Notes: a model not told the origin generated them from the letters alone. A DNA stretch of 64,000 nucleotides from an uncultured Gammaproteobacteria bacterium (GCA_964407865.1 CAYOXC010000001.1:395978-459977); one strand, 5' to 3'; positions 1 to 10,502 are shown, counted from the first letter of the stretch. Translations and numbers: made by a program.

Positions 1-1
1 A

Positions 2-1135
2 CTAAAAAAGCTTATTGACACAAGCGAACGACCGCTTGTAATTTTTGCTGCCAGCAAAAATGATGATTTTGTAGCTGGGGCTTTGGCGTTAAAAAAATAT
101 TTATCCGACCGAGGCAAACACACAGAGCTTGTTTCTAGTAATTTTATTCTACCGTCTCATCTTTCATTTATTGGTGGAGTTAAGGAAATTAAGCCTGAAT
201 TATCTCATTTGCATAAATTTACTATTAAGGTTGATGTTTCAAAAACAAAAATTGAAACTTTAAGCTATGACATAAAAGACGACTGGCTCTCGATTCACTT
301 GACGCCTAAACAGGGAGTAATAGCAAAAAATAATTTGCGCACCCTTCAAACATCCTTCAAATACGATTTAATTTTTTGTTTAGGCGCTGTTGACTTTGAA
401 GCACTTGGAGATATTTTTTTCAATAATACTGACTTGTTCTATCGCACTCCAATTGTTAATATTGACAACCAGCCGGGCAACGAACATTTTGGCACTATTA
501 ATTTGGTTGACTTAACAGCTACTTCTGTCTCAGAAATTGTGTATAAAACTTTTGATCAAATTGGATCTGCGACAAACTCTGAAAGCGCAACAATCATCCT
601 TACTGGTATGATAGCCCGCACCCGAAGTTTCAAAACACCAAATGTAACACCTCAAACCCTGTCGCTGGCTGGAAAACTTATAAACCTCGGCGCCGAGCGT
701 GAAAAAATTATTCAGAATCTTTACCGAACAAAAACAATTCCCACCTTAAAACTCTGGGGTCGCGCTCTGTCCAATGTACAGCTCGATTCATCTTCGGGCC
801 TAGCCTGGAGTTCAATTACTCGGGATGATTTCATTAGATCAGGAGCGAGCGAGAGTGATTTATCCGACCTGATTCATGAATTAATGGCTTCTTCTCCTGA
901 CACTAGAATAATTTTATTGATGTTTGAAGACTTAAAAGAGCCAAACAAAATCCACGGCCATCTGACCGTGGACAAAAATTACGATGCATTGCAAATCTCC
1001 AAATCTTTTGGCTCACGTGGAAATAAACTAAACGCTGAATTTTCTATATTTGGACAAAGCCTAAAAGAAGCGGAAGATATGGCCGTAAATGAAATACGCA
1101 AACAAATTATATCATGCGGCCAAAATCTAAATTAA
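2..1135 (+). CDS. DHH/DHHA1-family phosphoesterase-like protein (NrnA-like), 5' partial (reading frame open to window start)
   Basis: Frame stays open upstream of the TTG at 83 back to nt 2 (…LVIFAASKNDDFVAGALAL…). The layout resembles NrnA-type DHH proteins, but the canonical DHH and GGGH motifs are not cleanly visible, so it may be degenerate. Confidence 0.4.
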   Translation, partial: LKKLIDTSERPLVIFAASKNDDFVAGALALKKYLSDRGKHTELVSSNFILPSHLSFIGGVKEIKPELSHLHKFTIKVDVSKTKIETLSYDIKDDWLSIHLTPKQGVIAKNNLRTLQTSFKYDLIFCLGAVDFEALGDIFFNNTDLFYRTPIVNIDNQPGNEHFGTINLVDLTATSVSEIVYKTFDQIGSATNSESATIILTGMIARTRSFKTPNVTPQTLSLAGKLINLGAEREKIIQNLYRTKTIPTLKLWGRALSNVQLDSSSGLAWSSITRDDFIRSGASESDLSDLIHELMASSPDTRIILLMFEDLKEPNKIHGHLTVDKNYDALQISKSFGSRGNKLNAEFSIFGQSLKEAEDMAVNEIRKQIISCGQNLN

Positions 1136-2716
1136 ATTTCTTCCTGTCATTTCTTCAGGCTGCGTTACGCCTAATAAATTTAATACTGTTGGAGCAACAT
1201 CAGCTAAAATTCCAACCGACGGCATAAGACTCAAATCCCCTTCTGGAGGATCGCCCGAGGGTCCGGCTTGTCCTAATAAATCCTGATTAATAATAAAAAG
1301 CGGAACAACATTTGTCGAGTGTTCTTTGTCGATTTCTCCAGTCTGTAAATTTACCACCTCTTCAGCATTGCCGTGGTCAGCAGTAATCACAACTGCTCCA
1401 CCTTTTGCCAAAACATGGTCAACTATACCGCCAACGCAGGCGTCGGCAACTTCACAAGCCTTTACGGTAGCTTCAAAATTTCCCGTGTGACCAACCATGT
1501 CGGGATTTGCAAAATTGATGGCAAAAAAATCGTATTTATTGCTTTCAATTGCTTTTATTGTTTCCTTGGCCACAATCGGCGCTGACATCTCCGGCTGCTC
1601 GTCATATGATGCCACCTTTGGCGAAGGAATAATCTTTCGATCTTCTCCGGGAAACGGATCTTCCCGCGTACCGTTTAAAAAGAAAGTAATATGAGCATAT
1701 TTTTCAGTTTCTGCTATATGAAACTGTTTTAAGCCGGCTTTGCTAACTGTTTCAGCCAAACCATTAATTACTGCCATTGGTGGAAATGCGGTCTTGTTTA
1801 CCGGTAAATCTTTTTCATATTCAGACATGCCAACAAAAAATAAATTAGGAATTTCTTTACGTTCAAATTTATCAAATTCCGGTAAAATAAATGACTTGGT
1901 AATCTCTCTGGCACGATCAGGCCGAAAATTGAAAAAAATTACCGCATCGTTTTCAGCGATAACAGAAACAGGCTTGCCGTTTTTTTCAGTTAAAACAGTA
2001 GGCAGAAATTCTTCATCAAAATTGTTGTTAGCATAAGCTCCGTCAATCGCCTGTAAAGGATCAATAGCGGTACGATCTGCCTCGCCCTGAGTCATCATTA
2101 AATAAACTTTCTGTATTCGGTCCCAATGATTATCTCGATCCATAGCCCAATACCTTCCAGCCAAAGAAGCCAGACGGCCTACCTTTAGCTCTTTCATTTT
2201 ATTGAGCAAAGTTTCGATAAAATATCGCCCAGAATTATAAAGCGTGTCCCGCCCATCTAAAAACGCGTGAACAAATACCTGTTTTGACAAGCCTTGCTTT
2301 TTTGCCAACTCTAGAAGTTTATATAAGTGTTCATCGCTTCCATGCACCTTGCCGCTTGAAACAACTCCCATTAAATGGAGTTTTGATTTATGTTTTTTAA
2401 CATGTTCAATCGCTTCTAAAAAAGCAGGATTACTAAAAAAGGCACCGCTAGCAATAGCGTTATCTATTCTTGGAAGTGTTTGATAGTAAACTCGGCCAGC
2501 ACCAATATTCAGGTGTCCCACTTCTGAGTTTCCCATTTCTCCAAAAGATAAACCAACCTCTGTACCGCAAGCAATAAGATTCATTACTGGATAATTTTTT
2601 ATAAATTCATCCATACGCGGAGTTTTTGCCCGCGTTATTGCATTACCCTCACCATCCGGCGCTATTCCCCATCCATCCATGATAATTAAAGCTACTGGTT
2701 TATATTTATTTTGCAT
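1127..2716 (-). CDS. gpmI: 2,3-bisphosphoglycerate-independent phosphoglycerate mutase (iPGM), copy 1
   Basis: N-terminal IIMDGWG, catalytic-Ser region GNSEVGHLNIGAGR, and a length of 529 aa typical of bacterial iPGM. Confidence 0.9.
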   Translation of the reverse strand: MQNKYKPVALIIMDGWGIAPDGEGNAITRAKTPRMDEFIKNYPVMNLIACGTEVGLSFGEMGNSEVGHLNIGAGRVYYQTLPRIDNAIASGAFFSNPAFLEAIEHVKKHKSKLHLMGVVSSGKVHGSDEHLYKLLELAKKQGLSKQVFVHAFLDGRDTLYNSGRYFIETLLNKMKELKVGRLASLAGRYWAMDRDNHWDRIQKVYLMMTQGEADRTAIDPLQAIDGAYANNNFDEEFLPTVLTEKNGKPVSVIAENDAVIFFNFRPDRAREITKSFILPEFDKFERKEIPNLFFVGMSEYEKDLPVNKTAFPPMAVINGLAETVSKAGLKQFHIAETEKYAHITFFLNGTREDPFPGEDRKIIPSPKVASYDEQPEMSAPIVAKETIKAIESNKYDFFAINFANPDMVGHTGNFEATVKACEVADACVGGIVDHVLAKGGAVVITADHGNAEEVVNLQTGEIDKEHSTNVVPLFIINQDLLGQAGPSGDPPEGDLSLMPSVGILADVAPTVLNLLGVTQPEEMTGRNLI

Positions 2717-2724
2717 AAAAAATA

Positions 2725-4305
2725 TTATATCAACGATTTACCGGTCATCTCGCGCGGACTTTTTATCCCCATCATTTTTAATATAGTTGGCGCCACGTCT
2801 GACAGCTTACCATTACGATGCAATTTAATTTTTTTCTTAGGATAATTATCGCCAATAATTATAAATGGTACTAAATTTGTGGAATGCTCAGTATCTACTT
2901 CACCAGTCTTTAAATTAACCAACTCTTCAGCATTTCCATGGTCGGCGGTTATTATAACCTGTCCGTTCATTTTTGCAACTGCCTTAACTAGTCGTGCCAC
3001 TTCGCGATCAACTGCCCTTATTGCAATAGTTGTCGCTTTCATATCTCCTGTATGAGCTACCATATCAGGGTTAGCATAATTAACACAAGCAAATTCATAG
3101 CCGTCATTTTCAAGTGAACGAACAAGCATGTTAGTAATTATCTCAGCGCTCATTTCTGGTTTTTCAGCATAACTTTCAACTACTTGAGAAGCTATTTTTA
3201 CCCAACGCTCATCGCAGAAATGACGACTGTAACCACCATTAAAAAAATATGTAACATGAGCGTATTTTTCTGTTTCAGCCATGTATAATTGTTTTCTTGG
3301 ACAAAGCACTTGCGGCAAACTGTTTTTTATATCACGACTGGGAAAAGCGGTTAACACTCCTGGTAAATCCGGACCAAAGTCGGTCATAGCAACAAAACGG
3401 GTATTTTCCGGCATGCGAGAACGCTTAAAAGCATGGCCATTGCCGTTTGAGTTTTCAAAATTCTTTTGAACAAATGCTTTGGTCAATTCTCTAGCTCGAT
3501 CAGATCTTAAATTAAAGAATAATATAATATCATTATCCTTTACTGTTGTTGTTGGCTTGCCATCCTCCATAATTACAGTGGGGCAAATAAATTCATCTGT
3601 CTCATTACTGTTATATGCCTGAGAAATAGCTTCTTCAACACTATGAGCGGTACAGCGTTTACTTTTGCCTGATACTATCGCCTCATAAGCCGAGCGTACG
3701 CGCTGCCAATTTTTACCGCGATCCATGGCATAAAAACGACCCATAATTGTCGCAATTTTTTCATTACCAGTCATTTTTTCTCTCAATTTTTTTAACTGAT
3801 GAAGAGCATCGTGCTGTCCGGAGTCGCGACCGTCGGTAAATAGATGCAAATACACATGCTTGACATCCTCACGCCTTAATAACTCCAGGAGAGCGTAAAG
3901 ATGCTCCGGACAAGAATGGGCGCTGTTGTGGTTTGATAATAAACCCATCACATGCGCTGATGTTTTATATTTATGCAGATGATGAAGTGCCTGCATAAAC
4001 GCATTGTTTTTGTAAAAAGTGCCATCAGCAATAGCCTGGTTGATAAAGAGCTTATCTTGCTTAACAACCCTACCAGCACCAAGGTTGTGATGACCGGCTT
4101 CAGAGTTTCCATCTTCGCCTTTGGTTAAACCAACAGCTGTGCCACTGGCGTGCAACTTTGTATTAGGATACTTTTTTAACCAACTAAAAAAATTAGGGGC
4201 ATTTTTTGGAATAATTGGATTACCCTTATTGTTCTCTGACGCCAAACCCCAACCGTCCAAGATAACAAGAACAGTTGGTTTTATTTTTTTTAACGTTTTA
4301 ACCAT
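2725..4305 (-). CDS. gpmI: 2,3-bisphosphoglycerate-independent phosphoglycerate mutase paralog, copy 2 (divergent)
   Basis: VILDGWGLA and GNSEAGHHNLGAGR motifs at 526 aa. It sits in tandem, 8 nt from copy 1, and carries an extra insertion (…NFENSNGNGHAFKRSRMPEN…). Confidence 0.8.
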   Translation of the reverse strand: MVKTLKKIKPTVLVILDGWGLASENNKGNPIIPKNAPNFFSWLKKYPNTKLHASGTAVGLTKGEDGNSEAGHHNLGAGRVVKQDKLFINQAIADGTFYKNNAFMQALHHLHKYKTSAHVMGLLSNHNSAHSCPEHLYALLELLRREDVKHVYLHLFTDGRDSGQHDALHQLKKLREKMTGNEKIATIMGRFYAMDRGKNWQRVRSAYEAIVSGKSKRCTAHSVEEAISQAYNSNETDEFICPTVIMEDGKPTTTVKDNDIILFFNLRSDRARELTKAFVQKNFENSNGNGHAFKRSRMPENTRFVAMTDFGPDLPGVLTAFPSRDIKNSLPQVLCPRKQLYMAETEKYAHVTYFFNGGYSRHFCDERWVKIASQVVESYAEKPEMSAEIITNMLVRSLENDGYEFACVNYANPDMVAHTGDMKATTIAIRAVDREVARLVKAVAKMNGQVIITADHGNAEELVNLKTGEVDTEHSTNLVPFIIIGDNYPKKKIKLHRNGKLSDVAPTILKMMGIKSPREMTGKSLI

Positions 4306-4315
4306 AAATAATATT

Positions 4316-5563
4316 CTATATTCCCAGTTCCATTTCTATCTCCATTAATCTATTGTATTTTTCTACCCGTTCGGAACGCGAGAGTGAACCTGTTTTAATA
4401 TAATCAGAATTTACCGCTACCGCCAAATCTGCAATAAAAGTATCGGCAGTTTCACCGCTTCGGTGAGAAACATTAATTTTATAACCATTGGTTTTAGCCA
4501 TTTTGATAGTCTGCATTGTCTCAGTCACTGTTCCGATTTGATTGACTTTTATTAAAATAGCGTTAGCTACTTTTTCTTTAATACCCCGAGCGAATATTTC
4601 AGGGTTAGTAACAAATAAATCATCGCCTACTAAAATCGTTTTTTTACCCATGCGTTTAGTCATTTCTTTCCAACCAACCCAATCATCTTCGCTTAAACCG
4701 TCTTCAATCAATATTAGAGGATATTTTTTAACCCATGATTCAAGCGTGTCTATCATTTTGTCAGAAGATCGACCGGCTTTATCTTTTTCAAAAAAATACT
4801 TACCATCTGAATAAAATTCAGAAGCAGCCACATCCAAACCCAAAAATACATTTTGACCCGGCTTATAGCCGGCTTTTTTTATCGCCTCAACCACTATTTT
4901 TAGAGCGGCCTCGTTGCCTTTTAATTTAGGCGCGAAACCTCCTTCGTCGCCTACCGCAGTCGTGTAGCCTCGTTTTTTAAGTATCTGAGCTAAAGTATGA
5001 AATATTTCTGTACCGGCGCGAACACGTTCTCGAAAAAGACGGTGTTCGGGTATTATCATGAACTCTTGAATAGAAAGTCCGGAGTCAGCGTGAGCGCCGC
5101 CGTTTATAATATTCATGGTTGGTGTTGGCAAACGCCAATTGTTTTCCTTGATTTTATATAAACGACGAAGGTGCTTGTAAAGCGGCTGACGATTAGCGGC
5201 AGCACCAGCTCGGGCAACAGCTAGGGAAACTGACAAAATTGCATTAGCGCCTAATTTGGATTTATTTTTTGTACCATCCAACTCAATCATTTTTTCATCA
5301 ATATTGATCAAATCTCCAGTATCCATGCCTATAATTTTTTTAGCGATAATATTATTAACATTTTTAACTGCCTTAGCAACACCTTTGCCGCCATAACGCT
5401 TTCCACCGTCGCGCAACTCCCAAGCCTCGTGAGCTCCGGTAGAAGCGCCAGACGGAACTTTAGCGCTGACAAATAAATTATTGGACAATACTACACTTGC
5501 CTCTACTGTTGGATTGCCGCGTGAATCAAGAATTTCTCTCGCTTGTATTTTTTTTATTTTCAT
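4316..5563 (-). CDS. eno: enolase (phosphopyruvate hydratase)
   Basis: [22 protein letters not shown]… enolase N-terminus, …SHRSGETED-like [17 protein letters not shown], 415 aa. Confidence 0.95.
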   Translation of the reverse strand: MKIKKIQAREILDSRGNPTVEASVVLSNNLFVSAKVPSGASTGAHEAWELRDGGKRYGGKGVAKAVKNVNNIIAKKIIGMDTGDLINIDEKMIELDGTKNKSKLGANAILSVSLAVARAGAAANRQPLYKHLRRLYKIKENNWRLPTPTMNIINGGAHADSGLSIQEFMIIPEHRLFRERVRAGTEIFHTLAQILKKRGYTTAVGDEGGFAPKLKGNEAALKIVVEAIKKAGYKPGQNVFLGLDVAASEFYSDGKYFFEKDKAGRSSDKMIDTLESWVKKYPLILIEDGLSEDDWVGWKEMTKRMGKKTILVGDDLFVTNPEIFARGIKEKVANAILIKVNQIGTVTETMQTIKMAKTNGYKINVSHRSGETADTFIADLAVAVNSDYIKTGSLSRSERVEKYNRLMEIEMELGI

Positions 5564-5637
5564 AAGCTATACAACAAAATGTACTTATTGATATATAAAT
5601 ATTACACCTTAAAATCTATTGTATCACAGGAGAAGTG

Positions 5638-5678
5638 ATAAAAAAAGAGGCTGGATTTTTACCAGCCTCTTTGATTTC
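5638..5678 (-). terminator. Rho-independent terminator (bidirectional-looking) downstream of the SIMPL gene
   Basis: AGAGGCTGG(5646-5654)…CCAGCCTCT(5662-5670) is a 9-bp stem, flanked by an A-run and a T-run. Confidence 0.6.
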
Positions 5679-5682
5679 TTTT

Positions 5683-6552
5683 CTATTTACAACGGCTCAC
5701 AGGAATTAGTTCAAAAGTAACATTCACATCCATAACAACATCTTTACTGCCGCCTGCAACAGTTTCAGGACTACCGCCCATGCCACCGCCTTCAGCAGCA
5801 TAATATTTCGGCAAATAGGCGTCTGCCTCATATTCACTATAACTTACCACTTCACCCAATCTAACTCCGAGCGATTCAGCTAAATACTGGGCTTTTTTCG
5901 CTGCATCTTCAAGAGCTTTCTTGCGAGCTTCATCTTTTAGATTGCTTGGTTCATCAATGGTAAAATTCAAACCACTGACTTCAGTTGCACCGTATTTTCC
6001 GGCTAATCCCAGAACGTCATTAATTTTGCTTAAATCTCGAATTTTAATAGTGACAGTATTGCTTACGCGATAACCAATCAATTCCTGCCCTCGCTCCTGG
6101 GTATAATTATAATCTGGATATATTGTATAGTTTGTCTGTAAATCTACATCCTCTATCCCCATGTTTTTTAAATCCACCATTACCTGATCCATCACCGCCT
6201 TGTTATCGGTCTGGGCTTTGGCCACTTCTTTATCAGTGTTGGAATAACCAATAGTGGTAACAGCAATATTATTTTGACCGGTGACCTTTCCACTGCCACT
6301 GACTGTAATCATCCGCTCTGATTTGTCAGCTCGTCCAATATATTGAGACTCCTTCAGGTTATTGTTGATTAACGTGCCTATATAAAATATGGCATAAACC
6401 AACAAAAGACCAAATAATGTAATAATTAGTTTTTTGCCAAAACTATGTCCCTTGCATAATTTGCATGGACAGCACATTGTGTCCGAACAGCATTCTTCCG
6501 CTTTTGAAGCGATGGAAACTGGTGCCTTTTTACGGACGCTCATGATAGGCAT
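5683..6552 (-). CDS. SIMPL/DUF541-domain membrane-anchored protein with Cys-rich N-terminal tail
   Basis: ITVSGSGKV… SIMPL-type core follows a single TM helix. The N-terminus reads CCSDTMCCPCKLCKGH. GGGAGG SD lies 8 nt upstream. Confidence 0.6.
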   Translation of the reverse strand: MPIMSVRKKAPVSIASKAEECCSDTMCCPCKLCKGHSFGKKLIITLFGLLLVYAIFYIGTLINNNLKESQYIGRADKSERMITVSGSGKVTGQNNIAVTTIGYSNTDKEVAKAQTDNKAVMDQVMVDLKNMGIEDVDLQTNYTIYPDYNYTQERGQELIGYRVSNTVTIKIRDLSKINDVLGLAGKYGATEVSGLNFTIDEPSNLKDEARKKALEDAAKKAQYLAESLGVRLGEVVSYSEYEADAYLPKYYAAEGGGMGGSPETVAGGSKDVVMDVNVTFELIPVSRCK

Positions 6553-6611
6553 AATAATATCCTCCCTTAAATATTTTTCGTCAGAAAAAATATTTAATTT
6601 AAAAAAATAAA

Positions 6612-7814
6612 TTATTTTATTACGGCTTTAATGCCAGGTAATTTTTTTCCGCTTAAAAATTCAAGCATGGCACCACCACCAGTCGATACAAGATCGATTT
6701 CATCCATTACACCGACGCCCTTTATGATTTCAACTGTTTCACCGCCTCCTGTGACACCGTATGCTTTTCCTTTGGCTCTGGAAGCAAATAATCTGGCTAT
6801 GGACTTACTGCCCCAATCATACGGTTTCTGTTCAAAATATCCAACTGCCCCATTCCAGACTAAGGTATTGGCTTTTTTTATTATTTTTGCGAATTTAGTA
6901 ATTGTTTTTGGACCGACGTCATAAATACCATATTTTGAGCCTGTAATTTTAAATTTTTTGTTCATTTCAACAATATGCGCCTTTGTTCCATCGGATAAGC
7001 CAACCACATAGTCTTCTGGCATGATTATTTTTTTATTCTTGCAGTATGATTTAGCTTCCTTTTTATACTCTTTGTCAATTATCGAGTTGCCGACTTTTAA
7101 ACCATTGGCCCACAAACAGGTATTAACCACTCCACCGCCGACTAAAATATAATCAACTTTTGGCAATAATTTTTTTATTAACGGAACTTTTGTGTTCATT
7201 TTTGCGCCTCCGATCACAGCAATAAACGGTCTCTTGGGTTTTTCTAAAAGTCGAGACAATCCTTTAATTTCCTCTTCCATTAAAAATCCGGCAAATGTCG
7301 GAATATGTTTGGCTATGCCAGACACAGAAGCGGCATCACGATGAGCAACAGCAAAACCATCAATAACAAAAATATCTCCGAGAGACGCGAGAGCTTTTGC
7401 TGTCTTCGGCTCGTTGTCTGCTTCGCCTTTTAAAAATCGAATATTTTCCAAGAGAATAACACTGCCGTTTTTTGCATCAGAAATTTTTTCCGAAATCGCA
7501 TCAAATGTTTTTTTGCTTGCCAAAGCTTTGTCGGTAAGAGCAATGAAATCAATTTTCCGTTTAAGTAATTTCGCAAGCTCTTCTGCAACTGGTTTCAAAC
7601 TTAAATTTACATCTCTACCTTTTGGTCGGCCCAAGTGGCTAATCAAGACTATTTTGGCCTTATTTTTTATCAGATACTTAATTGTCGGCAAACTTTTTTC
7701 AATTTTATAAGCTTCTTTAATTTTTTTGCCTCTCATCGGAATATTAAAATCAACTCGCACTAAAACGCGTTTGTCTTTTAGATTTTTTAATCTTGAGAGC
7801 GAATTGATTTTCAT
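6612..7814 (-). CDS. pgk: phosphoglycerate kinase
   Basis: RVDFNIP…, LISHLGRPKG, and GGGA(M)LEFL motifs, 400 aa. Confidence 0.95.
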   Translation of the reverse strand: MKINSLSRLKNLKDKRVLVRVDFNIPMRGKKIKEAYKIEKSLPTIKYLIKNKAKIVLISHLGRPKGRDVNLSLKPVAEELAKLLKRKIDFIALTDKALASKKTFDAISEKISDAKNGSVILLENIRFLKGEADNEPKTAKALASLGDIFVIDGFAVAHRDAASVSGIAKHIPTFAGFLMEEEIKGLSRLLEKPKRPFIAVIGGAKMNTKVPLIKKLLPKVDYILVGGGVVNTCLWANGLKVGNSIIDKEYKKEAKSYCKNKKIIMPEDYVVGLSDGTKAHIVEMNKKFKITGSKYGIYDVGPKTITKFAKIIKKANTLVWNGAVGYFEQKPYDWGSKSIARLFASRAKGKAYGVTGGGETVEIIKGVGVMDEIDLVSTGGGAMLEFLSGKKLPGIKAVIK

Positions 7815-7852
7815 ATCTATAAATTATATCACATTCTTAACTCAAATAAAAA

Positions 7853-8896
7853 TCATTCAGTTAGTCCGCCATAACCCTCTTCATCTGGCCAAAGATAATG
7901 TTCAAATACCCAATTGGATAAATCACGCGCCTCGGAAAAACGGGCTTCGTTACTCTCCGCCCCCAGAATAACAGTGATTATGGCATGGTTATTTTCATCT
8001 GTTAGCCTGACTGTAAAATTATAACGTGAATCATAAATATAACCTGTTTTGCCGCAAATATTTTTTGAGTCAAAACTATTTGGTATCCATTTGGTCAAAA
8101 GCCAGTTTGTGCTCCAAAGTCGGCGCGGTTTTTCCTTGTTTTCCGGTCGAATATAATATTCACCGATTTTTAAAGTTTCAATAATTTTTTTATATTGCAG
8201 GCTTTCCGTTAAAAGCTTGGCCACCTCCCTGGCGCTGCCGACATTATCTGAATCAAGTCCGGTAACTTCAACAAATTTTAATGTGCTCAAACCAAACTCT
8301 TCGGCTTTTTTGTTCATCTGATTAATAAATTCTTCCTGGCTTATTCCGCTCTCGCGAACTAAAACGCGCATGGCGCTGTTAGAAGAACCGACAAGAGCAA
8401 TAGTAAACAAATCTTCCAAGGTGTATATTTCACCGGCAATCAATTGATGGCTACTTTCGTCGCAGTCGGATTCGGCTACCACGGTAGTAGTTGACCAGTT
8501 AATTGGCAGATCCATAAGCACCATTGCGCTCATGATTTTTGTAATAGAAGCGAGCGGTCGCACTTCGTCCGCGTTAAAGTTAAAAAGTTCTGTATTACTT
8601 CTTTCATCAACCGAATAAGCGGCATAAGCAGTCATGGTAGCGGTATAATTTGACTTATCTATCGGCAAAGGGACTATTGGCTGGCTTTTTGGAAAACCTT
8701 CTTCAGATATATCTCCACCGACTACGGCAATGCGCGGATTAGATTTTGGAAAACTATAACGATTTTCTGAAGGAGATTTTACAAAAGATATGGTAAATAA
8801 AAAAAGAAGGCAGACGCCCAGTATCATCAGACCAAAAGAAGATATAAAATCAAATAATCTTTTTGACATACCCAGCATATTAACTTTCAGAGACAA
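7853..8896 (-). CDS. D-alanyl-D-alanine carboxypeptidase (peptidase S11, PBP5/6-like)
   Basis: SxxK (SITK), SxN (SSN) and KTG motifs in the canonical order, after an N-terminal TM helix. Confidence 0.8.
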   Translation of the reverse strand: MSLKVNMLGMSKRLFDFISSFGLMILGVCLLFLFTISFVKSPSENRYSFPKSNPRIAVVGGDISEEGFPKSQPIVPLPIDKSNYTATMTAYAAYSVDERSNTELFNFNADEVRPLASITKIMSAMVLMDLPINWSTTTVVAESDCDESSHQLIAGEIYTLEDLFTIALVGSSNSAMRVLVRESGISQEEFINQMNKKAEEFGLSTLKFVEVTGLDSDNVGSAREVAKLLTESLQYKKIIETLKIGEYYIRPENKEKPRRLWSTNWLLTKWIPNSFDSKNICGKTGYIYDSRYNFTVRLTDENNHAIITVILGAESNEARFSEARDLSNWVFEHYLWPDEEGYGGLTE

Positions 8897-9073
8897 ATAC
8901 TTAAAGCTGATATTGTTTAATTAATTTCAATTTATTCTTTTATCCCAACTAATAAAAATACTTGTGTTTGTTTCTTGTATTATTACAAAGACTGGTTCCA
9001 AGCAACTTTCTAAATAACTATTTAACTCCATAGTTCAACATGCACACTGGAAGTTGTATTGCTGGGCATAATT

Positions 9074-9631
9074 TTATTCTTGAACTGTTTCCTCGGAATT
9101 CTGCGACAATACTTTCATTACATATTCATGGTTGTGCAAAGTGTTGTAATCAGGCAATTCTGACAGTGAATTTATTCCCAGATGCCGTAAATAATCCATA
9201 GTTATTTCATAAGTTGGCAAAAGACTGCTTGGATCTTCATTTTCTTTAATTAACCCGCGCATTAAAAGGTTTCTTAAAATTAAAGCGCAATTTACACCGC
9301 GAATTTGTTCGAGTTCCGGCCTGGTCATCGGACCACAATAAGAAATTACTGTTAAAGCCTCGAGCTGGGGTCTCGTTAATTCACCGGTAACCTCGGCTTT
9401 AAGAAATTTTTCTGCTACCGTACGATTGATTGGATTTGAAACAAGTTGCCATTCACTATTATTCTCTAGCAAAACTACACCGGATTCCGGTCGGTTGTAT
9501 TTATCACATAAAGTTTGGAGGATTTCTTGAACAGATGCTTCTTCAGCTTCAATTGCTTTAATTATTTTTTTAACTGAAAGCGGCTTAGAAGCAACAAATA
9601 AAATTGATTCGATCTCTGAAATTAATGACAT
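9074..9631 (-). CDS. scpB: segregation and condensation protein B
   Basis: IESILFVASKPLS…, tandem winged-helix ScpB signature, 185 aa, adjacent to scpA. Confidence 0.85.
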   Translation of the reverse strand: MSLISEIESILFVASKPLSVKKIIKAIEAEEASVQEILQTLCDKYNRPESGVVLLENNSEWQLVSNPINRTVAEKFLKAEVTGELTRPQLEALTVISYCGPMTRPELEQIRGVNCALILRNLLMRGLIKENEDPSSLLPTYEITMDYLRHLGINSLSELPDYNTLHNHEYVMKVLSQNSEETVQE

Positions 9632-9636
9632 ATTTA

Positions 9637-9731
9637 CCCTGTTAAATAAACTTCACCCAGATTATTATAATTAAATTTATAATATTCTTGAAACCATGCT
9701 TTCAACCCTGTATAAAAAATATTTAACAGGG
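9637..9731. repeat. 13-bp perfect inverted repeat (ACCCTGTTAAATA / TATTTAACAGGGT) bracketing the scpA-scpB spacer
   Basis: 9637-9649 and 9719-9731 are reverse complements. The scpB-proximal copy is part of a 21-mer repeated at 50435-50455. Confidence 0.6.
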
Positions 9732-9735
9732 TGAA

Positions 9736-10425
9736 TTATATTTTTAAAACTTCAAGGTCGGCAAAGGAATTTAGCTGTTTAACTGCCGCTGATCCTGACT
9801 TCACCAGTTCAAGAAGTGCTAAAAAACTGACTATAACCTCTGTTTTGCTTTCCGCATTTGCTAAAAGATCACGGAAATTTATGCGGCGCTGTTTTTTTAA
9901 TAAATTAAAAATTGCCTCAATTTTATCTTTTACTGTAACTGCTCTATCGATTGTTGCACTGGGCAAAAGATTGATCGGTTTAAGACGCTTGATAATTTGT
10001 AAAAAAGAATTTTTCAGATCATCCAACCGAGCATTTACAGGCAACACGAATCCCTCAGGTTTAACCGGCGGCTCCAAACGGCCATAGCCGAGCAAATTAT
10101 AATTCCACATCTTACCTATCTCTTTACTAGCATCTAGATACCGCTTATACATTTTCAGTTGCTCTGCCAAAGACGGCCCTTCCTCAGCTTCTGAAACTAC
10201 CTGTGGCAAAAGTTGGCGAGATTTAAGATACACCAATTTTGTGGCGATAACAAGAAAATCCGCCAGTTCTTCAGAGCGATTTTCTTCAAGTTTATTCAGA
10301 TAATCAAAATACTGCTCTGTAACTTGGGAAAGAGCGATGTCGGTTATAATCAACTTCTGTTCTCCGATAAGCTGCAAAAGCAAATCAAGCGGACCGGTGA
10401 ATTGTTCAAGTTTAATTTCTTTCAT
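9736..10425 (-). CDS. scpA: segregation and condensation protein A
   Basis: GPLDLLLQLI… ScpA kleisin N-terminus, 229 aa, directly upstream of scpB. Confidence 0.85.
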   Translation of the reverse strand: MKEIKLEQFTGPLDLLLQLIGEQKLIITDIALSQVTEQYFDYLNKLEENRSEELADFLVIATKLVYLKSRQLLPQVVSEAEEGPSLAEQLKMYKRYLDASKEIGKMWNYNLLGYGRLEPPVKPEGFVLPVNARLDDLKNSFLQIIKRLKPINLLPSATIDRAVTVKDKIEAIFNLLKKQRRINFRDLLANAESKTEVIVSFLALLELVKSGSAAVKQLNSFADLEVLKI

Positions 10426-10502
10426 TTAACAATCATTGTAATCATTATAATGAACCAGCACAAACTGTTAGGTTTTTGTTGTGGAAATTTGTGAAAAAAT
10501 TA

